DNA from: Sedimentisphaeraceae bacterium JB056
GTDB taxonomy: Bacteria > Planctomycetota > Phycisphaerae > Sedimentisphaerales > Sedimentisphaeraceae
Assembly: GCA_044440125.1 (NCBI GenBank)
Contig: JBITAJ010000028.1
Coordinates: forward strand, 160,001 to 224,000
Direction: 5' to 3'
DNA length: 64,000 nucleotides
Shown in pieces: positions 36,915-46,363 of the stretch. Position 1 is the first letter of the stretch. Every line of letters begins with the position of its first letter. Position numbers and translations under genes: made by a program. A model generated the notes under the pieces. It worked only from the letters and a program-made list of their open reading frames with translations. It was not told where the DNA came from and made no database searches.

Positions 36915-37295
36915 ATGAATTTGAGCTTAAAAAAGAATAAAGAAGAAGCTAAAGATTTCGTAATGAAAGCCGCAAAACTTGCCTCTGAAAGACATTGCAC
37001 AGATATCGTTGCGATGGATCTCAAGGGCATGAGCCCAGCGACAGATTACTTTCTCATAGCAACCGGTACAAGTAACCGTCAAACGAGAACTGTTGCAGAG
37101 GAAATAATCGCTGAGGGAAAAAAAGACGGGTTTATTCCATTTGGCCGTGCAGGATTTGAAACAGGCAACTGGATACTGATTGATTTTGTAGATGTAGTCG
37201 TGCATCTCTTTGATCAGGACGCAAGGGAATATTATGACCTTGAACTGCTATGGGGTGATGCGGAAAAAATCGAACTCGCCGAAATACAAAACTGA
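36915..37295 (+). CDS. rsfS: Ribosome silencing factor
   Basis: DYFLIATGTSNRQ, WILIDFVDVVVHLF...REYYDLELLWGD. Confidence 0.95.
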   Translation: MNLSLKKNKEEAKDFVMKAAKLASERHCTDIVAMDLKGMSPATDYFLIATGTSNRQTRTVAEEIIAEGKKDGFIPFGRAGFETGNWILIDFVDVVVHLFDQDAREYYDLELLWGDAEKIELAEIQN

Positions 37296-37355
37296 CAAAT
37301 CCAATAATCTCTCATTATTGCCAAGTTTTTAAGAGAGTTGAAAGCCTTATAAAAG

Positions 37356-39119
37356 ATGAAACCAGTAAATGTAATACTCGAAGAAAGAATATCAGAGATC
37401 TTAACATCCATCATCAATGATGGAAGTACCTATCCGGGTATCGTAAGAGCATCGGCAAACCCTAAGTTTGGTGATTATCAAGCCAACGGTATAATGGGTG
37501 CGGCAAAGAAAAACAAGCTCAATCCAAGAGAGCTTGCAGCCAAGGTTGTTGAAATGATAAACCTTGATGATATATGTGAGGAGCCCGAAATAGCCGGCCC
37601 AGGTTTCATCAATCTCAGAATAAAGACTGATTTCATCTCTAATGCATTGCTTGAAATCTCAAAGGACACAAATAATCTGGCAATAGAAGCAACAGAAAAC
37701 CCTCAGACAGTAGTGGTAGATTATTCCGGTCCCAACATAGCGAAGGAAATGCACGTAGGACACCTTCGCAGCACAATCATTGGCGACTGTATATGTCAGA
37801 TGTTGGAAGCGTTGGGACACAATGTCATCAGGCAGAATCATATCGGTGACTGGGGAACTCAATTCGGCATGTTATGTGCACTTCTCGCCCAAAAGCAGAA
37901 GGCAAGCGAAAATGTATCCATGGCACTCTCAGATCTCGAAGCTTTCTACAAAGAGGCGAAAGCTCTCTATGACAGCAACCCTGAATTCGCAAAAACAGCA
38001 CGTGGAGCAATCGCCGGTCTGCACAATGGCGATGACACATGGAAAAGCTATTGGCAGCAAATTGTAGCAGAATCAAGAAAGCATTACACCCAGATTTACA
38101 ATGCCCTTTCTGTTACTTTAAGCGAAAAAGATGAATATGGAGAGAGTGCTTATAAGGATGAGCTTAAAGGTGTTGTTGATGATCTTAAGGATAAACAGCT
38201 TGCGGTAGAATCTGATGGTGCTTACTGCGTATTCCCTGATGGCTTCAAGACAAAAGACGACACACCAATGCCGTTTATTGTACAAAAAAGCGATGGAGCT
38301 TTTCTTTACGCAACAACTGACCTTGCCGCAATGAAATACAGAACAGGCAAGCTTGATGCTCAGAGAATCGTTTACGTAACAGACGCAAGACAAATGCTCC
38401 ACTTCCAGATGCTATTCGCGGTGTCTAAAATGGCAGGATTTGCAAAAGCCGAAACTCAACTTGATCACGTTACATTCGGCACAATGCTCGGCGATGACGG
38501 CAAACCGTTCAAGACTCGCTCCGGTGAAAACGTAAAGCTCAAAGACCTGCTTGCTGAAGCAGTTGAACGCGCATATGCGGTAGTGAACGAAAAGAATCCT
38601 CAGCTTGATGAACAAACAAAGCAGGATATAGCCCAATCGGTTGGAATTGGAGCCGTCAAATACTCCGACTACTCAAATAACAGAACCACAGACTACGTAT
38701 TCAGCTTTGAAAAAATGCTCGCAATGGAAGGTAACACCGCTCCATATATGCAATATGCCTGTGCGAGAGTTAAGTCGATTGAACGCAAGGCCAAAGAAAA
38801 AGGCATCAATATCGAATCAGAATTGGCAGGCATTGACAAGCTGGACTTGACAGAAACTCAGGAACTCGATCTTGCAATGCATATTACTAAATATTCGCAG
38901 GTTCTTGAATCTGCCTGCAGTGATTACAAGCCAAACTTCGTAACGACATATCTTTACGAGCTGGCTCAGAAGTTCAGTGCTTTCTACACAAACTGCCCGG
39001 TTCTTTCTGCCGGTGACGAAAAACGCCCGACAAGACTTATGCTCTGCAGACTGACAGAAATGACACTAAGCCACGGACTTGAAAAAATACTGAGAATAAG
39101 TGTCCCTCAGCAGATGTAA
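37356..39119 (+). CDS. argS: Arginine--tRNA ligase
   Basis: FGDYQAN, AGPGFIN, DYSGPNIAKEMHVGHLRSTIIG, GDWGTQFG, FKTRSG, GNTAPYMQY. Confidence 0.98.
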   Translation: MKPVNVILEERISEILTSIINDGSTYPGIVRASANPKFGDYQANGIMGAAKKNKLNPRELAAKVVEMINLDDICEEPEIAGPGFINLRIKTDFISNALLEISKDTNNLAIEATENPQTVVVDYSGPNIAKEMHVGHLRSTIIGDCICQMLEALGHNVIRQNHIGDWGTQFGMLCALLAQKQKASENVSMALSDLEAFYKEAKALYDSNPEFAKTARGAIAGLHNGDDTWKSYWQQIVAESRKHYTQIYNALSVTLSEKDEYGESAYKDELKGVVDDLKDKQLAVESDGAYCVFPDGFKTKDDTPMPFIVQKSDGAFLYATTDLAAMKYRTGKLDAQRIVYVTDARQMLHFQMLFAVSKMAGFAKAETQLDHVTFGTMLGDDGKPFKTRSGENVKLKDLLAEAVERAYAVVNEKNPQLDEQTKQDIAQSVGIGAVKYSDYSNNRTTDYVFSFEKMLAMEGNTAPYMQYACARVKSIERKAKEKGINIESELAGIDKLDLTETQELDLAMHITKYSQVLESACSDYKPNFVTTYLYELAQKFSAFYTNCPVLSAGDEKRPTRLMLCRLTEMTLSHGLEKILRISVPQQM

Positions 39120-39143
39120 GCTTTTCCCAAAATATAGACAAAT

Positions 39144-39180
39144 AAAAGGTGTTGAATGATAGCTTATTCAACACCTTTTT
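39144..39180. terminator. Bidirectional terminator between convergent argS and rubrerythrin
   Basis: AAAAGGTGTTGAAT-N8-ATTCAACACCTTTT. Confidence 0.85.
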
Positions 39181-39192
39181 CGTTATAAGAAA

Positions 39193-39693
39193 TCAGTCAA
39201 TCTCTTCAAACTTAGCACCAGAAACGCCGCATATCGGGCACTTCTCTGGAGCTTCACCATAAACCGTATTGCCGCAAACAGGACAAACAGTTATTTTTGT
39301 AGCAGGCAGGTCTTTACCGGACTTAACTGAGTCCAATGCCTCTGTATAAAGTCCGTGATGAATCTCTTCAACAGCCATCGCATTTTTGATGGTTGTAACT
39401 GCCGGCTTATTGCCTTCCGCTTCTGCTTCTTTCAGGAAGCCCGGATACATCTCCTTGAACTCATGGCCTTCGCCTTCTATCGCTTCAACAAGATTATCCT
39501 CTGTACCCTTAATACCGCCCAAAACTCTCAAATGAGCATGAGCATGAATAGTCTCTGCGTGAGCTGCAGCTCTAAACAGTTTTGCAACCTGACCATAACC
39601 GTCCTGCTCTGCTTTCTTCGCAAACGCAAGATATTTACGATTCGCCTGACTCTCACCGGCAAAAGCTTCCTTCAAATTATCAACTGTAGCCAT
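39193..39693 (-). CDS. rbr: Rubrerythrin
   Basis: AFAGESQANRKY, AETIHA, EEIH, CPVCG..CPICG; GAAAGGA RBS before MATVDN. Confidence 0.93.
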   Translation of the reverse strand: MATVDNLKEAFAGESQANRKYLAFAKKAEQDGYGQVAKLFRAAAHAETIHAHAHLRVLGGIKGTEDNLVEAIEGEGHEFKEMYPGFLKEAEAEGNKPAVTTIKNAMAVEEIHHGLYTEALDSVKSGKDLPATKITVCPVCGNTVYGEAPEKCPICGVSGAKFEEID

Positions 39694-39785
39694 TTCCAAA
39701 TTCCTTTCATTAAACAAAAACTAACCGTAGTTATACCTATTAATCTTTATAACAAGCAACTTAATTGCGAATATGTACCTAAATA

Positions 39786-39888
39786 TGATGCGTCCGACAA
39801 AAGTTGATAAACATCCAATTAACCCTTGATATCTGATTAAAATCGCAGATTTAATCAGCAACGATTGACTTTTGTCAGTTTCGCCAAA
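39786..39888 (-). ncRNA. Candidate structured RNA element, copy B (upstream of rubrerythrin)
   Basis: Homologous to 27407-27506. Stems CUGACAAAAGU/ACUUUUGUCGG and CUGAUUAAAUC/GAUUUUAAUCAG; TAAGAT 8 nt before GGCG. Confidence 0.55.
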
Positions 39889-40133
39889 TATTAATCTTAT
39901 CGCTGCCAACTTCTCAGACTGATAATATAAATAAATACAGGCTAAAAAGCAAGTTTTTGCCGGTATTTTCCATAACAACAAACATAAAACCGAATTAACT
40001 GCCAATTATTATCAAATTTATTGTAACATCCAGCTCATATTTTGTGTATAACAGGGTATAACAGCTTTGCTTGCAAGCATAAGAACTGCTTAACAAAACA
40101 ATAAATGCGATTATATATAGAAAGGTGATAAAT

Positions 40134-41072
40134 ATGAACTTTTTATCAAAATCAGTAGCGTGCTTGATTTTAGGTCTTTCGGCTATCCTGACAGCCGGAA
40201 ATATTAATCTTGCCGACATAAACAGTCAGGCATTATGGTTTGCTCATTTTGACATAGAAAAATTCAACGACTCTTATCTCCGCAAACTTGCGGATGAAAA
40301 CGGATTGGCCGACAAATGCGAGAAGGTCAACAAGTTTCTTGATATAGATCCGACAGAATCGATCAATAGCGTAACACTCTACTGCGTCTCAGGAAATCCT
40401 GAGCAGGCCGCAGTCATAATGAAGGGCAGCTTTGATGTAGACAAATTAAGCAAGATAGCAAGTAAGCAGCCCGAATACACAGAAACCATCTATAATAAAA
40501 TTACGATTGCAAGCTGGAAAAGTTTTAGAAACACAACGAAATCAGGCTGTTTCTATGATGCCAACACTCTTATTATGTCTAAAAGTAAAGACTCTATAAA
40601 AAATGCTATCGACACCATCAGCGGCACTTCGCCAAGCCTATCCGGCAGCAACTGCATTACCTCTGACAATTCTATATTTCAATTATTCCTTACCGACGCT
40701 TCAACACTTTCAAAGCAAGACCCTCATCTTGTAGTTTTGAACAACGTAGGCAAGTCATTATTCTCTGTTGGACAAAAAGATGATGACATGTTCTGTGAAC
40801 TGATTGTACAGGCCGACACTGATGAAAACACGAAGCTGCTTAACCAGATGATTCAAGGCATGATAGCAATGGGCAAAATGAATGCCAAAGACAAAAACAG
40901 CCAACTGATGCTGAACGCACTTGATAAAATGTCCGTAAGCACGCTGGATAAAAACGTAATAACAACAGCCGTTCTTTCAACTGGAGAATTTGACAGTCTG
41001 ATCAAGAAGATCATAAGCGATAGAATGTTGTCGAAAATATATGAACAGATACCTGAAAAGGGCCATATATAA
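40134..41072 (+). CDS. Hypothetical exported protein, first gene of the ECF sigma locus
   Basis: Long ORF with a signal-peptide-like N-terminus and GAAAGGTG RBS; no family recognised. Confidence 0.75.
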   Translation: MNFLSKSVACLILGLSAILTAGNINLADINSQALWFAHFDIEKFNDSYLRKLADENGLADKCEKVNKFLDIDPTESINSVTLYCVSGNPEQAAVIMKGSFDVDKLSKIASKQPEYTETIYNKITIASWKSFRNTTKSGCFYDANTLIMSKSKDSIKNAIDTISGTSPSLSGSNCITSDNSIFQLFLTDASTLSKQDPHLVVLNNVGKSLFSVGQKDDDMFCELIVQADTDENTKLLNQMIQGMIAMGKMNAKDKNSQLMLNALDKMSVSTLDKNVITTAVLSTGEFDSLIKKIISDRMLSKIYEQIPEKGHI

Positions 41073-41103
41073 CAACTTTAATCACTATGACGTTTAATTA
41101 AGT

Positions 41104-41658
41104 ATGACAGTGATAAAGGAAGAACAAAATATCAGCGACAATCAAATGGCTCTTGATTTTGCAAACGGTAATAAAGAGGCATTTGATCTACTGCTCAAAA
41201 GATTTTCTCCTCGTCTGCGTTCATTCCTTTCCAGACGAGTGCCAAATCCAAGCGATGTTGAGGATATCCTTCAGGATACTTTCCTGAAGGTATACCTCAA
41301 CATTGAGTCGTTCGACCCTAAGTATAAATTCTCATGCTGGATTTTCACGATTGCATCACGCAATGCAATTAACCACTCAAGAACCAAAACTCCCAAACCT
41401 CTTGATATAAAATTCGAAATAGTATCACAGATAAACGAACCCTTCGAGGAAATGATTGATCAGGAACAGAAACTCAATCTCTGGACAGAGGCGAGAAAGC
41501 TTGAAACAAAACAGTACTCAGCACTATACCTGAAATACAGCGAGGATTTCACTACCGAAGAAATTGCAAAAACGCTGAACACAACAAAACTGAATGTAAG
41601 AGTATTACTGCACAGAGCAAGAAACAACCTGATGAAAATAACTCAAAAAGAGGATTGA
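41104..41658 (+). CDS. ECF-type sigma-70 factor
   Basis: EDILQDTFLKVY..FSCWIFTIASR (region 2); EEIAKTL....NVRVLLHRAR (region 4). Confidence 0.93.
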   Translation: MTVIKEEQNISDNQMALDFANGNKEAFDLLLKRFSPRLRSFLSRRVPNPSDVEDILQDTFLKVYLNIESFDPKYKFSCWIFTIASRNAINHSRTKTPKPLDIKFEIVSQINEPFEEMIDQEQKLNLWTEARKLETKQYSALYLKYSEDFTTEEIAKTLNTTKLNVRVLLHRARNNLMKITQKED

Positions 41659-42179
41659 CAAATATGATATGCACAATATACAAATGGATGATATCTGCGA
41701 GTTTAACAGAGGGCAAGCAGCCTTCAAAACACCTTAAAAGGCACATGGCAAAATGCACCGCATGCCAAAGATATTACGACTCTCAGGTAAGTTTAATCAA
41801 GACTCTTAAATCTCAGGCAAAAGACAACCTGAACATATCTTTTGCCCAGTCTGAAAGAAATGCATCACACGCCCCTGCTGCATTTAAGCACTTGCGCGTA
41901 GCGGCAATGATTGCAATCGCTTCATTGATAGCAGTTGTCGCATTAATACAGCTCGACAAACATTCAAAAAACCAAATCAATTGCCTCGACCATAACGCGG
42001 CTGTTGTAATTGACACACCTGTAATACAATGCGCAACAATAGCAGGAACAACAGGAACAGAAATACTTAATAATCAGTATTCAGGGCTTAAAGACATTGC
42101 CAAGGAAACATTTCAGCTTGTCTATGAAAGCTTCAAGACAGCAACCGATGCGCCAGGAGTCACACCTGAGGAAAATTAA
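41655..42179 (+). CDS. Zinc-finger (ZAS) anti-sigma factor with one TM helix
   Basis: HMAKCTAC = HxxxCxxC, then a hydrophobic segment; coupled to the sigma gene. Confidence 0.75.
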   Translation: MTNMICTIYKWMISASLTEGKQPSKHLKRHMAKCTACQRYYDSQVSLIKTLKSQAKDNLNISFAQSERNASHAPAAFKHLRVAAMIAIASLIAVVALIQLDKHSKNQINCLDHNAAVVIDTPVIQCATIAGTTGTEILNNQYSGLKDIAKETFQLVYESFKTATDAPGVTPEEN

Positions 42180-42185
42180 AATTAA

Positions 42186-42914
42186 TCAACTTCCTCCGTA
42201 TATAGCAGGCACTTCCAGCCCATGCTCTTCCATAAGACTTGAATTGCTCATTATTTCTTGAGCATCTCCTGCGGCCACCAATCTGCCGTCATCAATCAAC
42301 ACCGCTTTATCACATACTTTAGCTACAAAATTCATACTGCAGCTGGCTATAATAATTGTCTGTTTTAACGAGTTGAGTAATTCTATAAGTTTATTTCTAT
42401 TTCGCGGATCAAGATTCGAATCCGGTTCATCCATTGTGATTATATCTGGCATCATGGAAAGTATAGTAGCAATTGCCGCCGCTCTTTTTTGCCCGGCAGA
42501 CAAATGATGCGGCTCTTTGTTTTCCAGCCCTTCAAGCCCCACTGTCTTAATAGCATCATAGCTTCGGCTTTTCACCTGCTCTTCGGATAATCCCATATTG
42601 AGCGGACCAAAAGCTACATCATCAAACAATCGCGGCATAAAAAGCTGATCGTCAGGATCCTGAAATACAGCACCAAGAGTTTTGCGTATATTTTTAATCT
42701 CAGCCTTGCAACACCTATACCCGTTAACACAAATATCGCCTTGACCAAAAATAAAACCGCCAATAGCAAGAAGAAGCGTTGATTTACCTGCACCGTTAGG
42801 CCCGATAACAGCAACTTTACTGCCAAGATCAATATCAAGAGTCACACCTTCAAGAGCAACACTCTTGTCAGGATAAACATAGCTGAAATCTTTTATACTA
42901 ATCGCTTTTTCCAT
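42186..42914 (-). CDS. cbiO: ECF transporter ATPase (CbiO/NikO)
   Basis: GPNGAGKST, FQDPDDQLF, DVAFGP.N, LSAGQK, MDEP. Confidence 0.9.
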   Translation of the reverse strand: MEKAISIKDFSYVYPDKSVALEGVTLDIDLGSKVAVIGPNGAGKSTLLLAIGGFIFGQGDICVNGYRCCKAEIKNIRKTLGAVFQDPDDQLFMPRLFDDVAFGPLNMGLSEEQVKSRSYDAIKTVGLEGLENKEPHHLSAGQKRAAAIATILSMMPDIITMDEPDSNLDPRNRNKLIELLNSLKQTIIIASCSMNFVAKVCDKAVLIDDGRLVAAGDAQEIMSNSSLMEEHGLEVPAIYGGS

Positions 42915-42932
42915 CTTGATATCAAATCCAGA

Positions 42933-43691
42933 CTACGCAAATACACGTAAACAAACCATATACATAGCGCTTATGCATACAAATAAAACATCAACCGCTT
43001 CAAACTTCATCATTCTCAGAGTTCTGATTCTGCCATCAAACCCTCTGCCTTCCATAGCAACGCCGACACGACCTGCCATATCAATACTGTTTATAAGAAG
43101 GCTGCCAATCATCGAAGAAGCAACATTAAGTTCTCTGGAAAATCCGAGATTGCGCAGGCTTCTCGCCTTTCTTGCACGGAGCATGCGCCCTACTCTGTCA
43201 ATCAGAAGAAATATATACCTATACAGAAATCCAAGCTGAGACACAATAAGCCTCGGCATACCCAGCTTTTCCATACCGGCAAGCAAATCATCAAAACGAG
43301 TTGTAGAAACCATAGCAATAAGAGAACAAACCGTAATACTGAATTTTATTACAATATTGAAAAATTGTATAACACCATTACTTACATGCCATTGAAATGG
43401 GCCAAACCTGACATCCACCGGCTCTCTGTTGTAAAACACACTGCTTATAGCCAGAACAATTATAAATGGACTGACAATAGCAAGCTGCTTGATTACAAAC
43501 CTAAAAGGTATTTGTCCAATTGCAAGAATAGTAAAAGGCCATAAAAGATACCATGCCAGATAAGCAACACCTTTTCCTGAGGTCACAACAAGAATCGTAA
43601 AAATTATTGTCATAACCAACTTTCCCCGACTGTCAAGTCGGTGAAAAAAAGTATTATTGTTGGCATATTTATCTATATGGGCATGATGCAT
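42933..43691 (-). CDS. cbiQ: ECF transporter T component (CbiQ/NikQ)
   Basis: HRLDSRGK, YRYIF, ARKAR, AMEGRGFDG. Confidence 0.88.
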   Translation of the reverse strand: MHHAHIDKYANNNTFFHRLDSRGKLVMTIIFTILVVTSGKGVAYLAWYLLWPFTILAIGQIPFRFVIKQLAIVSPFIIVLAISSVFYNREPVDVRFGPFQWHVSNGVIQFFNIVIKFSITVCSLIAMVSTTRFDDLLAGMEKLGMPRLIVSQLGFLYRYIFLLIDRVGRMLRARKARSLRNLGFSRELNVASSMIGSLLINSIDMAGRVGVAMEGRGFDGRIRTLRMMKFEAVDVLFVCISAMYMVCLRVFA

Positions 43692-43715
43692 TGTATATAA
43701 AACCTAACTCGTCAG

Positions 43716-44747
43716 TCAGCAAATAAACGAATAATGCTTCTTACCGTTAAACAAACGTACCAAACCGATTATGACAAACATTGTAACAAAAGCTCCTATC
43801 ACGCCGGCAAAGCTTGTCCACTGCCCTTGTGATTCCGCTTCTGTATTGACCTGCCCTAATGAGGTATTTCTCGTTGTGTAATCTGGCATAATGGAATACT
43901 TCGATTGTATCTCATCAGCCTGCTTTATTACCGGCTGTTCATTTTCAACTAAAGACTCGAAACCTGCCTGATCGGGTCTCTCTGCATAGCTCCACTCGAG
44001 GCCGTCAGGCTTATCACTCGCCAACAAGGAAATACCACAGGCAATTATAACTGTAAATGTAAGCATAACAAGAGCGAAAGAACGTGACGTAAGTGAGTGC
44101 TTATTACTGCTGATTTCTAATATTTGTGGTCTCAGATTAGCAATATAGCAAATTACAGCAGCAGTGATCACTCCTTCTATGACACCAATAATAAGATGCA
44201 CGCCCAACATTGTAAGCAGGAAACCGCCGAAAGGAACAGTTAGAACATTCGAAATACCAACTTCAAAAGGAACTAAAAGAGCTCCGGCCTCAACCGCTAT
44301 CAAACATGCCGCTATCGAACCTAAGTATTTCACTTTAACGCTTTGGCTCTTACCTGTAAGAAGTCGGTATATAAAATTCCCGGTATATACAGGAATAATC
44401 ACCATATTAAGCAAATTGCAGCCAAGCGCAAGAATGCCTCCATCCTGAAATATAAGACACTGAACCAGCACCACTGAACTGAGCGTAATAACTGCTGGGT
44501 TAGGGCCTAAAACTATCGCAAGCAAAACGGCACCGACAAGATGCCCACTTGTACCCGGCATAAACGGCAGTTGAAAATTAACCATCTGTGCGGCAAAAAC
44601 AAATGCACCCATTATCCCCATAAGAGCAGCAGTTTCACCTTCAATAGAATCCTTGATCTTACGGCAGACCGCTGCAATCCAAACGCCACTTATCGCAAAA
44701 CCACCGGCTGCTACCGGTACTGACAACAACTCATTTGCCATATGCAT
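43716..44747 (-). CDS. cbiM: Co/Ni ECF S component fused to a PDGLE domain (CbiM/NikMN type)
   Basis: N-terminal MH, AFVFAAQMVNF..GTSGH, DGG..ALG.N, C-terminal PDGLEW. Confidence 0.88.
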   Translation of the reverse strand: MHMANELLSVPVAAGGFAISGVWIAAVCRKIKDSIEGETAALMGIMGAFVFAAQMVNFQLPFMPGTSGHLVGAVLLAIVLGPNPAVITLSSVVLVQCLIFQDGGILALGCNLLNMVIIPVYTGNFIYRLLTGKSQSVKVKYLGSIAACLIAVEAGALLVPFEVGISNVLTVPFGGFLLTMLGVHLIIGVIEGVITAAVICYIANLRPQILEISSNKHSLTSRSFALVMLTFTVIIACGISLLASDKPDGLEWSYAERPDQAGFESLVENEQPVIKQADEIQSKYSIMPDYTTRNTSLGQVNTEAESQGQWTSFAGVIGAFVTMFVIIGLVRLFNGKKHYSFIC

Positions 44748-44788
44748 AACGCACCACCATTCCCTTTGTAAAAAAACACATAATTAAC

Positions 44789-45433
44789 TTATACACCAAT
44801 ACTGACAACCACAACATTACCTGTATATCTTTTTGAATCCGTATTCTTAAAACCTTGCTTGAGGGCCACAAAAGTAGCTGTTGTATTTGCCTCAACGGCA
44901 TCACCGAGCGCAAGGCCGGTATCACAATCAAGACCTGAGGGGATATCAACCGAAAAAACAGTGTTAGGCATTGCGTTTATTATCTCAATAACAGGAAGAT
45001 ACTCAGCCCTTACCTCTCCGGTCAATCCCGTTCCGAAAATAGCGTCAACTATCATAGAAGCACCATTGAGCATTGAGGAAACTTTAAGCCCATCACCGGG
45101 ATCTATCTGCCTTATATCTATACCGATCTTTTCGATAATATTTAAATTGACAAGAGCATCACCTTTTATCTTCTCTCTTTCACACAGTAGGACAACACGA
45201 GTATCTATACCCATGATATCAAGATGCCTTGCTATTACATAACCGTCTCCGCCATTGTTTCCCGGTCCGCAAAAGATTACAACGATACCTTTGCCGGTAT
45301 TCATGTTTTTGATTATCTCCGCACATCCTCTTCCGGCATTCTCCATAAGAACCACACCGGGAACACCTATCTCCTCTATAGCCTTTCTATCGAACTCTCT
45401 GACTTCACTTCTTGTCATAACGTTCTGCTGCAT
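44789..45433 (-). CDS. nnrE: NAD(P)H-hydrate epimerase (stand-alone YjeF-N)
   Basis: LMENAG, CGPGNNGGDG, VDAIFGTG, SVDIPSG. Confidence 0.92.
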   Translation of the reverse strand: MQQNVMTRSEVREFDRKAIEEIGVPGVVLMENAGRGCAEIIKNMNTGKGIVVIFCGPGNNGGDGYVIARHLDIMGIDTRVVLLCEREKIKGDALVNLNIIEKIGIDIRQIDPGDGLKVSSMLNGASMIVDAIFGTGLTGEVRAEYLPVIEIINAMPNTVFSVDIPSGLDCDTGLALGDAVEANTTATFVALKQGFKNTDSKRYTGNVVVVSIGV

Positions 45434-45478
45434 TAGAATCTCCTTCCGTCAAGTTTAAACTCAACCCTCTCATTTTCG

Positions 45479-45514
45479 AAAAAAAGCCCGGGTGCGGCCT
45501 GCACGTCGGGCTTT
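45479..45514 (-). terminator. Terminator after the OmpA-domain gene
   Basis: AAAGCCCG..GTGC-GGCCT-GCAC..CGGGCTTT with a U-run on the minus strand. Confidence 0.7.
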
Positions 45515-45562
45515 GAGTATTCCGTTCAATACACCTTAATTTTGTTGAAAAGAAGTGAAGAC

Positions 45563-46237
45563 TTACTTCATACGTACAACTATTTCAACTCGTCTGTTCT
45601 TTGCTTTACCTGAAGATGTACTGTTAGTATCAACCGGACGGCTCTCACCGCATGCTACCGCACGAATCTTATCGCTTGGGATTCCCTGGTCTTTGAGATA
45701 TCTCAGCACTGAAAGTGCACGCTCTGCAGAAAGCTGCCAGTTATCTGCCCATTTAGACTTCTTAATAGGATCGGAATCTGTATGACCGACTATGTCGATC
45801 TGCTTATCCGAATATTTCTCGCGAATTACGCTGTATATTTTATTAAGATCTGAATTTCTTATACTCTTAAGAGAAGCTTTACCTGGTGCAAAGAGAATAG
45901 AGTTTGGAAGAGTAACTGTTATTGTACCGGCCTGTGCATCAAATGCCACATCATACTCATCGCCAAAACCTGTCGCTTGTCCCTCAGTCTGCTGCAAGTC
46001 TTCGATCTGGCTTTGAAGATTATTTATCTGGCTCTGACTTGCCGCAAGTCTGCCGGCAAGATCGCTTTTCTCTGCTGCAGTACTGTCAAGAGCCCCCATA
46101 CAACTATCATAACGGCCCTGAAGATTTTCATATTCTACATTAAGACCTTCATATTTCTTTTTCCAATCGGTACAGCCCGAAAGCATTAATGCTCCTAATG
46201 CTATCACCAACGCTGCTAATCTCATCGTGTTTTTCAT
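45563..46237 (-). CDS. OmpA/MotB C-terminal domain lipoprotein with coiled coil
   Basis: Lipobox MLSGC; ILFAPG, VGHTD, NWQLSAERA, KNRRVEI. Confidence 0.88.
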   Translation of the reverse strand: MKNTMRLAALVIALGALMLSGCTDWKKKYEGLNVEYENLQGRYDSCMGALDSTAAEKSDLAGRLAASQSQINNLQSQIEDLQQTEGQATGFGDEYDVAFDAQAGTITVTLPNSILFAPGKASLKSIRNSDLNKIYSVIREKYSDKQIDIVGHTDSDPIKKSKWADNWQLSAERALSVLRYLKDQGIPSDKIRAVACGESRPVDTNSTSSGKAKNRRVEIVVRMK

Positions 46238-46363
46238 TAATTCAACTCCTGTTTATGTGTTATTATTACTTTATACTTTTATGACAATAAGCTATTATCA
46301 TGAAACAACAACATGATTATGAAGCAAATTCCAATCAATAACTAAATTGCCGTTGATGCCAAA

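Noticed and set aside
39721..40005. 94-aa ORF across element copy B as a conserved small protein
   Set aside because: The homologous frame in copy A hits TGA within a few codons.
44748..44788. Cobalamin or NiCo riboswitch before cbiM
   Set aside because: Only 41 bp of intergenic space and no B12-box.
45563..46237. Flagellar motB
   Set aside because: It has a lipobox rather than the MotB TM Asp motif, and there is no adjacent motA.
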